In this document: positions 1 to 7,976 of the stretch, in pieces
Numbering within the stretch: position 1 is the stretch's first letter
Layout: each line of letters opens with the position of its first letter
Origin: Eubacteriales bacterium
Lineage (GTDB): Bacteria; Bacillota; Clostridia; Oscillospirales; CAG-272
Length of the DNA stretch: 58,113 nucleotides
Direction: 5' to 3'
NCBI GenBank assembly: GCA_045638125.1
Contig: JAZUAS010000046.1
Location: 1 to 58,113, forward strand
Program-made: the position numbers and the translations under genes
Notes under the pieces: model-generated
Seen by the model: the letters and a program-made list of their open reading frames with translations, nothing else
Database searches by the model: none
What the model was told of the DNA's origin: nothing

Positions 1-42
1 CAACTCCTTGGCTCACAGAACGACATGGCTACGATCCGACTT
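1..42 (-). other. Sequencing-adapter remnant at contig end (reverse complement of the 42-nt BGISEQ/MGI adapter AAGTCGGATCGTAGCCATGTCGTTCTGTGAGCCAAGGAGTTG)
   Basis: Bases 1-42 CAACTCCTTGGCTCACAGAACGACATGGCTACGATCCGACTT are the exact reverse complement of that adapter as I recall it. The first 23 nt of the same adapter recur in forward orientation at 58091-58113. Glutamine synthetase similarity stops at this junction. Confidence 0.9.
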
Positions 43-776
43 GTGTTGTGGATGATATACTTGATCATCATGGTCGCGTCAGCCATGTGGACGACCTCGC
101 CAAGCTGGGGCTCGATCTCGTACTGACCCGATGCCGCAACCTCGGGGTGGTGGTAGTTGATCTCGATGCCTGCGTCCTTCATAAGCATGCACATCTCGCT
201 ACGGCACTCGTATGAGGTGTCAAAGGGCTTAGCGATATGATAGTTCTTCTGCTTTTGAACGATAACACCCTTACCGTCGGTGTCACTGTTCCAGTAGGAC
301 TGACTTGCGTCAACGCTCGCTCCGATATAGTTAGGCTGTACGCTCCAAGTAACGTCGTCGAAAAGATAAAACTCGAACTCGGGGAGTATCTTCATCTCGT
401 CAGCAACGCCGCTGTCCTGCATATACTGAACCGCCGCCTTGATAATATTTCTGGGGTACTGCGCGAGAGGGCGGTTTTCGGGCGTGTCTATAATCATAGC
501 GTTGCCGGTCATGGAAAGGGTGGGGATAGAGCAGAAGGGATCGATAACGGCGGTGTCAGGGTCGGGAATGAACACCATGTCGCTCTTTTCAACTACCGCA
601 TAGCCGTAATTGGAAGCGTCAAATCCGATTCCGCTTTTCATCGTGTCCTCGGAGAAGTTCTCCGCAGGGATGGTAACGTGACGGTACTGACCGTTAATAT
701 CGACCATCTTAAAGTCGACCATTTTAACGTCGTTTTCTTTAATAAGTTTCAAAATGTCTTTGACGGTTTTAGCCAT
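43..776 (-). CDS. glnA: Glutamine synthetase, N-terminal ~245 codons (3' part lost at contig end)
   Basis: Absent from the ORF track because it runs off the window. Minus-strand ATG at 776-774 lies 9 nt after AGGAG. Translation is MAKTVKDILKLIKENDVKMVDFKMVDINGQYRHVTIP...EFEFYLFD...NYHHPEVAASGQYEIE (GS HHEV..GQ.E-type motif). The plus-strand ORF 237-824 is its antisense shadow. Confidence 0.85.
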
Positions 777-873
777 GATTATTTTCTCCTGTCCAGTGAA
801 TTTAGATTTCGTTTTAAATTATAACATTTTTAGTACTCTTTGTCAATCTTTATACGAAAAAAACACCTAAATA

Positions 874-914
874 ACACAAAATCCGAACCCTACCGTTTAC
901 GATAAGGTTCGGAT
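874..914 (-). terminator. Rho-independent terminator candidate downstream of the symporter gene
   Basis: ATCCGAACC (881-889) pairs with GGTTCGGAT (906-914). On the minus strand the hairpin is followed by TTTTGTGTTATTT. The loop is 16 nt, which is rather large. Confidence 0.45.
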
Positions 915-953
915 GTTTATTGTTACAGCCTAAAACGTGTGATAATACAGGGA

Positions 954-2411
954 TTAATTCTTTCTTTCGGGATTTTCGTGCTTTTTTGCAAAATGCTCAC
1001 GGGTTATCTTGACTACAAGACCCGAAAGACCGATGAGTGCTATAAGGTTAGGCAGAGCCATCAGTGCATTGAAGCAGTCGGCTACGAGCCAAACGATCTT
1101 TATATCGGCAATAGCGCCCACGAAAACGAAAATAACGTAGATCACTCTGTAAATGATGATGGCGGTCTTTGAGTGATTTTTGAAGAGATATCCAACGCTT
1201 ACCTCTCCGTAATATGCCCAGCCGAGGATAGTAGAGAGAGCAAAGAATACTGTTGAAAGTGCAATTCCTATTCCACCGACGTAGGGAATAGCCTCGTTGA
1301 ATGCGGCACTACTGAGTGCAGCTCCGCTTACGGAGGGCTCAACGCCTGCGTTGAATGCAGTTGAATAAATTCCGGAAGTAAGGATGACAAGCGCGGACAT
1401 GGTGCAAATGATTATTGTTGTGATAAACACCTCGAACACGCCCCAGACACCCTGCTTGACGGGGTCTTCGGTGCTTGATGCAGAGTGAGCGATAGGAGCG
1501 CTACCAAGTCCCGCCTCGTTTGAAAATACGCCTCTGCCGACGCCGTAGCGCATAGCCGCAAGTATGCCGTATCCCGCAACGCCACCAAAAGCAGACTTAA
1601 AGTTGAACGCTTCCTTAAAGATAAGCGCAAATGAATCGGGTATCCTGTTTATGTTGAAAATAAGAGCAACGATACAAGCAATGATAAAGAAAACAGCCAT
1701 AACGGGAACTAACTTTTCGTTAACCGTAGCAATTCTTTTTACGCCGCCGATAATAACCACTCCCACGATTGCGGTGAGCACTATTCCGGTTATCCAGGGA
1801 GCGATATTGAGATTAGAAGCAAGAACACCGGAAATTGAATTGGACTGAGTTGCATTTCCCGTACCGATACAAGCGATCATAGCAAAAGCCGCAAACAGTA
1901 CCGCAAGCCATTTTATACCCAATCCGTTTTTGATATAGTACATAGGACCGCCGGTATAAGCGCCGGTTTCGTTCTTCTCTCTGAATTTAAGTGCGAGGAC
2001 GATCTCGGAATATTTTGTCACCATACCGAGAAGGGCACTCACCCACATCCAGAACACGGCACCCGGGCCACCGAGTACCAGCGCGGTCGCAACACCTGCA
2101 ATACTTCCGGTACCGATAGTGCCGGCAAGGGCCGTAGTTACCGCCTGGAAGGGGCTTACACTTCCTTTGTCCCTTTGATGCATATTTTTGTTAAATAGGC
2201 TGCCGATCGTATTTTTCATAACGTAGCCAAAACGTCTGAACTGGAAGAATCCGGTTCTGACGCTTAAGAAAATGCCTGCAGCAATAAGAAGGATCATCAT
2301 AGCGATGCTCAGAATATTGTCGTACGCGAAGCTGAGAACTCCATTCAAGCCATTCATCCCGCTTTCAGCAAAGCCGAGAGCGGCGTTTAAAGCATTTGTC
2401 ACGTTTTCCAT
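954..2411 (-). CDS. alsT: Alanine/glycine:cation (sodium) symporter, AGCS family
   Basis: 485-aa polytopic membrane protein. It has GGPGAVFWMW and other AGCS-like blocks, and its N-terminus and length are typical of AlsT-like carriers. Confidence 0.85.
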   Translation of the reverse strand: MENVTNALNAALGFAESGMNGLNGVLSFAYDNILSIAMMILLIAAGIFLSVRTGFFQFRRFGYVMKNTIGSLFNKNMHQRDKGSVSPFQAVTTALAGTIGTGSIAGVATALVLGGPGAVFWMWVSALLGMVTKYSEIVLALKFREKNETGAYTGGPMYYIKNGLGIKWLAVLFAAFAMIACIGTGNATQSNSISGVLASNLNIAPWITGIVLTAIVGVVIIGGVKRIATVNEKLVPVMAVFFIIACIVALIFNINRIPDSFALIFKEAFNFKSAFGGVAGYGILAAMRYGVGRGVFSNEAGLGSAPIAHSASSTEDPVKQGVWGVFEVFITTIIICTMSALVILTSGIYSTAFNAGVEPSVSGAALSSAAFNEAIPYVGGIGIALSTVFFALSTILGWAYYGEVSVGYLFKNHSKTAIIIYRVIYVIFVFVGAIADIKIVWLVADCFNALMALPNLIALIGLSGLVVKITREHFAKKHENPERKN

Positions 2412-2506
2412 TTAAACCTCTTAATAATGCTAATATTTGAGAAATCAAAGACTATCTCATTATACGAATACAATTATACATAATGGGAAGAAATATTTCA
2501 ATGAAA

Positions 2507-2539
2507 AATCGATAAAATAAGTTGAATAATCGATAAAAT
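2507..2539. repeat. 12-nt direct repeat AATCGATAAAAT x2, spaced 21 bp, upstream of the symporter gene
   Basis: Exact copies at 2507-2518 and 2528-2539, about 100-130 nt upstream of the ATG at 2411. Possible operator half-sites. Confidence 0.3.
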
Positions 2540-2578
2540 TATTTAAAATACTTCAAGAATACGATACAAGCGTGTGGG

Positions 2579-2608
2579 AAAAAGAAAAAAGGAAGCGGTG
2601 GCTTCCTT
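2579..2608 (-). terminator. Rho-independent terminator directly after tRNA-Leu
   Basis: AAGGAAGC-GGTG-GCTTCCTT hairpin (2589-2608). On the minus strand it is followed by TTTTTTCTTTTT. Confidence 0.7.
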
Positions 2609-2610
2609 TT

Positions 2611-2697
2611 TGGTGCGGGTAACAGGACTTGAACCTGCACGAAGGTAACCTCACTAGAACCTGAATCTAGCGCGTCTGCCAATTCCGCCATACCCGC
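2611..2697 (-). tRNA. tRNA-Leu (anticodon CAG), class II with long variable arm, CCA encoded
   Basis: The reverse complement is GCGGGTATGGCGGAATTGGCAGACGCGCTAGATTCAGGTTCTAGTGAGGTTACCTTCGTGCAGGTTCAAGTCCTGTTACCCGCACCA. It folds by hand into a cloverleaf with anticodon stem CTAGA/TCTAG, loop TTCAGGT and T-loop TTCAAGT. Confidence 0.9.
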
Positions 2698-2719
2698 ATA
2701 TTAAGTTGACATAGAGGGT

Positions 2720-2820
2720 AGGTAACCTCACTAGAACCTGAATCTAGCGCAGTCTGCTCACGTAAGGCTTTCGCCTTACTTGCCGAGGTGCTACGCACCA
2801 TCGCAATTCGCCATACCCGC
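2720..2820 (-). pseudogene. Degenerate partial copy of tRNA-Leu(CAG): 5' acceptor to variable arm, ~47-nt structured insertion in the D-loop, no T-arm or 3' acceptor
   Basis: 2720-2750 is identical to 2643-2673, and 2805-2827 matches 2682-2704 (including 7 nt upstream of the tRNA). The insertion contains the hairpins GGTGC-GTA-GCACC and GTAAGGC-GAAA-GCCTTAC. Confidence 0.6.
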
Positions 2821-2853
2821 ATATTAAAATTCGCCACTTTAGGCGACCCTAAC

Positions 2854-2882
2854 ATTATACTATATAAAACAAATTTTGTCAA
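2854..2882 (-). promoter_or_regulatory. Sigma-70-type promoter for the tRNA-Leu transcription unit
   Basis: On the minus strand: TTGACA (2882-2877), 17-nt spacer, TATAAT (2859-2854). Confidence 0.6.
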
Positions 2883-2978
2883 TAGGTTTTTGAAAAATAT
2901 TAAAACATTAAAAAACAGGAACAAACCATTGAAGTGTTTACGATTTTTTTAGCATGATCATTTAAATATATCGGGAAT

Positions 2979-3009
2979 TAAAAAAATCCCACCCCCAAAG
3001 GGGCGGGAT
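2979..3009 (-). terminator. Rho-independent terminator ending the SipW/TasA-like operon
   Basis: ATCCCACCCC-CAAA-GGGGCGGGAT hairpin (2986-3009). On the minus strand it is followed by a T7 run. Confidence 0.8.
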
Positions 3010-3025
3010 AGATGGAATTAAAAAA

Positions 3026-4255
3026 TTACTTAATTGTAATGCCGTTCAATCCGTTGTAGAAGAATGTAGTTTCACCATTGCCCAGAGCTGTGGCGTTCTC
3101 ATCAGTGATCAGAGTATCACCGTAGTAGCAGTTGATGAAGACGATGTCAGAGGTTTTGGAGGTGTCAAATTCATAGCCCTCCTCGAATACGCAGTTCTCA
3201 AATACGGATGCATTATAGGGACGGCAGAATGCATAACTATAGCTACCGGTACCCTGACCGAAGTTACAGTTAGTGAAGACAACTTCCTTGTGAACGTCGG
3301 AGTAGCTGGTCCAACCGTTCAGAGTGGAGTTGCTGATGTACACACCGTAATCCTTACTACCACCGTCGGAGTTGAAGGTGTAGCATACTTTGTCGATAAT
3401 AACGTTGTCGATGTATACGTCACCGGTTGCACTGCCCATAAAGATGCCGCGGAAAGTTCCGCTAACGGTTGCGTTTTTGATCGTACCATTCTTCATGTTA
3501 ACCGCGCAGTCCCAGGTGCCGTTAGCGTCGGACACGGTAATGGTGTTGCCGTTTCCGTTAAAAGTGGCACCGTTGTCAATCTGAATACCGGTAGCACCGT
3601 AGCCACTGTTTGCGGTGGTATCGTTAGCGCTGAAGTCAAGGTCTTCGTTTATGATGATGTCACCGCCGTTTTTGAGATCGTCAAGATCTGCAACTTCATC
3701 AATGAGAGTGTTTGTATCAACGTTGCCCTGGATAGCTTCAACTGTGTAAGAGAAGGAGCAAGAGGTAGACATATATTCGTTGCCTGCGCTCTCGGGAAGA
3801 GTAATAGATACGGGAACGATAATGTCAGCGGAGCCGGGAGCTGCAACAGCCCAAGCCGCTCTTACGGTATTGCCGTCATATTCGGTACCGTCGACGGTAA
3901 CCTCAAGACCGTTCCAAAGACCGTCGTCAGCTACCATAGCAATAATTGTTCTGTAGCTGATGCTTACGTTGCTAATGTTTTTGATTATGATATCAAAAGT
4001 AAGAACGTCACCGGGAACTATCTGTGTAAGAGTCACAGTGTTGTCTACAATTGTGTAAGCGGTTTCGGGAACGTTGTTGCCGAGGGTAGAGGAGATCTGA
4101 TCGTTTTTAACAGTTGCTATAACTTCTACGTTACCTGCGGTAACAGCTACGTTAACGGTGCTTTCGCTGGTGAAGAGTGCGAAGGATGCGCCTGCGATGA
4201 TACTGATGCAAAGCGCGATGGTCAAAATGGAGGACACTAAAATTTTGGTTTTCAT
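3026..4255 (-). CDS. Secreted protein: SipW-type signal peptide and TasA/camelysin-like N-domain fused to a right-handed beta-helix-like C-domain
   Basis: 409 aa. The N-terminus is MKTKILVSSILTIALCISIIAGASFALFTSESTVNVAVTAGNVEV (A-x-F-T...AG pattern of SipW-cognate signals). The first ~180 aa are near-identical to the neighbour at 4278-5981. The C-terminus is rich in short N/G/T-containing beta-helix-like repeats (NGNGNTITVSD, NGTIKNATVSG, VYIDNVIID). Confidence 0.65.
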   Translation of the reverse strand: MKTKILVSSILTIALCISIIAGASFALFTSESTVNVAVTAGNVEVIATVKNDQISSTLGNNVPETAYTIVDNTVTLTQIVPGDVLTFDIIIKNISNVSISYRTIIAMVADDGLWNGLEVTVDGTEYDGNTVRAAWAVAAPGSADIIVPVSITLPESAGNEYMSTSCSFSYTVEAIQGNVDTNTLIDEVADLDDLKNGGDIIINEDLDFSANDTTANSGYGATGIQIDNGATFNGNGNTITVSDANGTWDCAVNMKNGTIKNATVSGTFRGIFMGSATGDVYIDNVIIDKVCYTFNSDGGSKDYGVYISNSTLNGWTSYSDVHKEVVFTNCNFGQGTGSYSYAFCRPYNASVFENCVFEEGYEFDTSKTSDIVFINCYYGDTLITDENATALGNGETTFFYNGLNGITIK

Positions 4256-4277
4256 TTTTTATTCCTTTCTGAAAAAA

Positions 4278-5981
4278 TTATTTGTTATTATAAATAACAG
4301 TTACGCCGTCATGGACAGGATTTCCGTAAACACCTTGACCGCCTCCGTAGAGCTGGTCAAATTCGCAAAGGATGAAGTGATCTTCGCCCTCGTTATGAAC
4401 GTGATTGTCGTCTACTACTTCATTTCCGTTTGCATCAGTAGGATGGCCGTATCTGGGGTTAGAGTAAGCAGAGTTGCTGACACCTGCCTGAACTCTTACG
4501 TAAGGCCAGCTTTTTCCTGCAAATTCGCAATAGGTGTAGTCAGCCCAATCACCGTAGATTACGGTTACGTTTTCGCATGTAAGCTGAGGAGCTGCTGCAA
4601 TAGTGTTTCCGTCTTCGGTGGTGGTTGTTTTTCCTGTGTTACCGATAAGCATACCGCATCTACGGTAAGCGTACCACTGGTAAGAAGAGGTTACGTCATT
4701 GTAAGCATCAATTCTACAGGCAACGGTACAATCTTTAATAAGGATTTCAGCGGTTGAGCCGCATCCGCCGATAATACCGCCGGTGGAGTTGTCAAAGTCG
4801 CCCCACTGAGCTGCAAGAGTAGTGCTTTCATCGACGATACAGTTGATAAACGTCTGTGTACCGCTTGCCCAACCTACGATGCCGCCTGCATAGTACTGAT
4901 AGTCAGCTCCTCTGGAGTTGCTTATAGTAATGTTTTCAAAAGTCGTTTCACCATACGAGCAACCTGCTATAATACCAACGATAGCAGATTCTCCGGAAAT
5001 ATTAGCATTGTCAATGTTGAGATTCTTTATGTGAGCATCTTCAACAAGGCCGAACAGACCCATTCCGAGATCGCCGTAGTAGTATCCGTTGTTGAGAGCC
5101 CAAGTGTTCTGATTCAGATTATAAATGGTGTGCCCCTGACCGTCAAAAGTGCCTGTGAATGCCTGATCGTTTCTGTAAGATCCGATAGGCTCGAAGCATA
5201 TAGGATCACCATTTTCATCTTCTGCATAGAGATCTACGTCGCTATCGAGCAAGAAGGTCTTTCCTTCCATAGTTATGGGAAGAGAAATTTCAACGTCAGC
5301 AGGAATGGGAGCGGTTCCGTCTATAAGAGCTGCAAGACCGGCGATCTGTTCTGCGGAAGAAAGTGTATATTCTGTTGCATCAGGATCGTCAAAGAACCAA
5401 TCGGCATCTATTGTTCCGTCCCACTCGTCCGGAATAGGAGCGTTACCCTGGAGAGCCTCTACGCTGTATGCAATACTACAAGTCTTGCTCATATACTCGT
5501 TACCTGCGTTTTCGGGAAGCGTGATGACAACGGGAACTATAATGTCAGCGGAGCCGGGAGCAGCTGTAGCCCAATCTGCTTTCTTGGTTGCGCCGTCATA
5601 CGCGACTCCGTCAATGGTAACCTCGAGACCGCTCCAAAGACCGTCGTCTGCAACCTTTTTGATAATAGTTCTGTAGTTGACGGTTACGTTGCTATTGTTC
5701 TTGATGACGATATCAAAGGAAACTGTATCACCGGGTACGATCTTGTCGAGGGTGATGGTGTTGTCGGTATCGTTGAAAGTAACGGAGGTCTCGGAAAGAT
5801 TTGTGCCGAGAGTGGAGTCGAGAATGACGTTTTCAACCGTAGCGATAACTTCAACATTACCCGCTGTAACGGCTACGTTAACGGTGCTTTCGCTGGTGAA
5901 GAGCGCGAAGGATGCGCCCGCGATGATGCTGATGCAAAGCGCGATGGTTAAAAGGGAAGAGACTAAAATTTTGGTTTTCAT
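4278..5981 (-). CDS. Secreted protein: SipW-type signal peptide and TasA/camelysin-like N-domain fused to a GLUG-like repeat C-domain
   Basis: 567 aa with the same N-terminal module as 3026-4255. The C-terminus has FTGTFDGQGHTIYNLN followed by GLFGLVE, GIIAGCS, GGIVGWASG and GGIIGGCG repeats typical of GLUG-motif adhesin or protease-like domains. Confidence 0.6.
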   Translation of the reverse strand: MKTKILVSSLLTIALCISIIAGASFALFTSESTVNVAVTAGNVEVIATVENVILDSTLGTNLSETSVTFNDTDNTITLDKIVPGDTVSFDIVIKNNSNVTVNYRTIIKKVADDGLWSGLEVTIDGVAYDGATKKADWATAAPGSADIIVPVVITLPENAGNEYMSKTCSIAYSVEALQGNAPIPDEWDGTIDADWFFDDPDATEYTLSSAEQIAGLAALIDGTAPIPADVEISLPITMEGKTFLLDSDVDLYAEDENGDPICFEPIGSYRNDQAFTGTFDGQGHTIYNLNQNTWALNNGYYYGDLGMGLFGLVEDAHIKNLNIDNANISGESAIVGIIAGCSYGETTFENITISNSRGADYQYYAGGIVGWASGTQTFINCIVDESTTLAAQWGDFDNSTGGIIGGCGSTAEILIKDCTVACRIDAYNDVTSSYQWYAYRRCGMLIGNTGKTTTTEDGNTIAAAPQLTCENVTVIYGDWADYTYCEFAGKSWPYVRVQAGVSNSAYSNPRYGHPTDANGNEVVDDNHVHNEGEDHFILCEFDQLYGGGQGVYGNPVHDGVTVIYNNK

Positions 5982-6090
5982 TTGCGAGTTTTTCCTCTCT
6001 GAAATATGTGCTTATTTATTTAGACTTTACGGTGGACAAATTACGTCCTAAGTCTTAAGTATCGTAATCTGTGTTTCTGCTTTAATGCAG

Positions 6091-6747
6091 TCAATCTTGC
6101 ACAGTTTCTTGAACAGCCGTCACTACAAGGTCAAATACTGCGGATTGATTTTTTGCCAAATCGTTGTCGATTGGTATCTCACCCTCGGCAAGATTGGCAT
6201 TTGCCACAATATCGTCGATGAATTCAACCTTTACGCTAAAGCTTTGCGACGTTTCGGTAGCCTTCATGGTACCGGTAAAGATAGAGGCGCCGTCAACCAG
6301 TTCGCTCAGTTTCTTTGTGGTCGTTGTTCCGTCAAAATGTGTCACCGTTACTATCAACTGTTCGGTCAGATCATTGGAGTCACTGATCAAAGCTATTCCA
6401 ACGCTGTAATCGAACGCAACGTTTCCGTTGTTTCTAATTTCCATATCTGCATCGAAATAGCTACAGGGCGCAAACTTGACATTTTCCGACTTAATTCCGA
6501 ATACGTTTTCTTCAGTTGAGCCGGAGAAATCGTAGTCGTCTGTAATTGTTGTGACTTCGAGATTTCCTTCCTCGTTCAGAATACAGTATTCCAGATCGGT
6601 CCTTATCAAGCTGATCTCAAGCTCTCCTGAATCTAAATGATTGCTTGTGTTTATTACATTAGTAAACAAACCAAATGTAGCACCGGCAATAATAGCAATG
6701 CACAAGAGAATGATCGGAATAGCTATAAAAAGAGCCTTTTTGTTCAC
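6091..6747 (-). CDS. Stand-alone TasA/CalY (camelysin, M73)-like protein with SipW-type signal peptide
   Basis: GTG start at 6747 lies 7 nt after AGGAGG (the ORF-track start at 6798 lacks an RBS). Translation is VNKKALFIAIPIILLCIAIIAGATFGLFTNVINTSNHLDSGELEISL, about 218 aa, the size of TasA-fold fibre subunits. Confidence 0.6.
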   Translation of the reverse strand: MNKKALFIAIPIILLCIAIIAGATFGLFTNVINTSNHLDSGELEISLIRTDLEYCILNEEGNLEVTTITDDYDFSGSTEENVFGIKSENVKFAPCSYFDADMEIRNNGNVAFDYSVGIALISDSNDLTEQLIVTVTHFDGTTTTKKLSELVDGASIFTGTMKATETSQSFSVKVEFIDDIVANANLAEGEIPIDNDLAKNQSAVFDLVVTAVQETVQD

Positions 6748-6804
6748 TGTTTTTCCTCCTTTCACACGGAATATATATTGAAAAGTTGTGAAAATCACAA
6801 CCGA

Positions 6805-7611
6805 TCAATCGGTGTCAGTAGTGTCTTCTTCTGTAACAGTGTCTTCTTCTGTAATTGTGTCATCTTTAGGAGGTTCTTTGGATTTGACTTTTTCAAGCAT
6901 GGCGAGTTTGGAGCGAAGTTCTTTGATCTCATTGTCCTTTTTCTCGTCTTCTTCAAACTGACGTTTCTTTTTTTCGGCTTTGTACAATCCCACGATCTTT
7001 AATACCTCTAACAAAATAATGATGAGGCAGGGTACAATGACCACCAAAATAATTCCAAGCGTTGTTTTCAGTAAGCTTACGATGAATCCAAGTATATATG
7101 ACTGCCCCGTGACCTTGCCGATCACATAGTTTTTGTTGTTGGGAGTAGAGGTGTTTATAGACTGATAAAGCTGATCTGAGTTAGAGCTTTTATTGTCTCC
7201 GGCAAGCTCTATTGAATAACCGCCGACATTGTTCCTTTCTATATCGGTTATTCGGTGAGTGATAGTCACTTGATGAGTATAAACGTATTTGAAGGTGAGA
7301 ACGTCGCCAACCTTTAAGTCAGCATACCATTCATCAGCTTCCTGCGGGTCTTCGGGAACAAGTTCAATAAAGACCATTGACCTCACGGGAATACTTTTGA
7401 TATTGTAATCGGAAACGTCGGTCAACTCACATTTCTCCATTGAATCCGACGTGATGACACGCATTTGATATCCGCCAATCTCCACTGTTCCGTCGATATC
7501 TCTTTTGGAAAACGCAGTAATCAATACGGCTATAATGCAAAGAGATAGAAAGAAAAACAACAGTACGTTGAGGGCAATATTGCCGATCTTTTTAAGTTTG
7601 ACTTTCTCCAT
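6805..7611 (-). CDS. sipW: Signal peptidase I, SipW (ER/archaeal) type, with C-terminal TM segment and long charged tail
   Basis: VITSDSMEK aligns to SipW VLSGSMEP (catalytic Ser). VTITHRITDIE aligns to VTHRIVDI (catalytic His). LAGDNKSSN aligns to KGDNN. These are followed by a C-terminal TM and a K/E-rich tail ending in TEEDTV/TEEDTT repeats. Confidence 0.85.
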   Translation of the reverse strand: MEKVKLKKIGNIALNVLLFFFLSLCIIAVLITAFSKRDIDGTVEIGGYQMRVITSDSMEKCELTDVSDYNIKSIPVRSMVFIELVPEDPQEADEWYADLKVGDVLTFKYVYTHQVTITHRITDIERNNVGGYSIELAGDNKSSNSDQLYQSINTSTPNNKNYVIGKVTGQSYILGFIVSLLKTTLGIILVVIVPCLIIILLEVLKIVGLYKAEKKKRQFEEDEKKDNEIKELRSKLAMLEKVKSKEPPKDDTITEEDTVTEEDTTDTD

Positions 7612-7637
7612 AAATTACTACCTACTTAAAATCTGTT

Positions 7638-7898
7638 CTATGATTTGTTTTTTGATTTAAAGAAATGAACGGTCAGATCTTTGCTGACAGAGCTTTTCTT
7701 TGCTTTCTGTCTGTCGCTGATAATACCGTGTATTTTCTTGTTTTGATTCTCAAGTTGATTTTCACATGCCCAGCAGATCATTCTCCCCTCAGAGACAACA
7801 GCTCCGCACGAAACACAAAAATCTGTATTATCAATAAATGTCATGTGCTTGTTGTTTAAAACTTGTAATACATCCATACTTTTCTTTGTCTTTTTCAT
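7638..7898 (-). CDS. Small zinc-ribbon protein (hypothetical), first gene of the operon
   Basis: 86 aa with CVSCG...16 residues...CWAC (a four-Cys ribbon) and a basic C-terminus. No family recognised. Confidence 0.45.
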   Translation of the reverse strand: MKKTKKSMDVLQVLNNKHMTFIDNTDFCVSCGAVVSEGRMICWACENQLENQNKKIHGIISDRQKAKKSSVSKDLTVHFFKSKNKS

Positions 7899-7976
7899 TG
7901 GCGTCTAATTGAGTGATTGAAACACGATTAATAATTGTCTTACGAACTCAACGCTATTTTCGTGCGCTTAATAATT

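Noticed and set aside
20-43. 24-nt perfect terminal inverted repeat between the two window ends (20-43 vs 58090-58113), superficially like transposon or IS termini, or a linear-element telomere
   Set aside because: Both copies are part of the BGISEQ/MGI adapter oligo (full 42-mer at 1-42). There is no transposase, and the native genes glnA and rpiR are simply cut at the junctions.
3290-5951. Long plus-strand ORFs 3290-4240 and 5031-5951 (316 and 306 aa)
   Set aside because: They are antisense shadows of the TasA-like fusion genes. Their translations are V/G/N-rich mirror images without start signals. The minus-strand frames carry signal peptides, RBSs and a paralog relationship.
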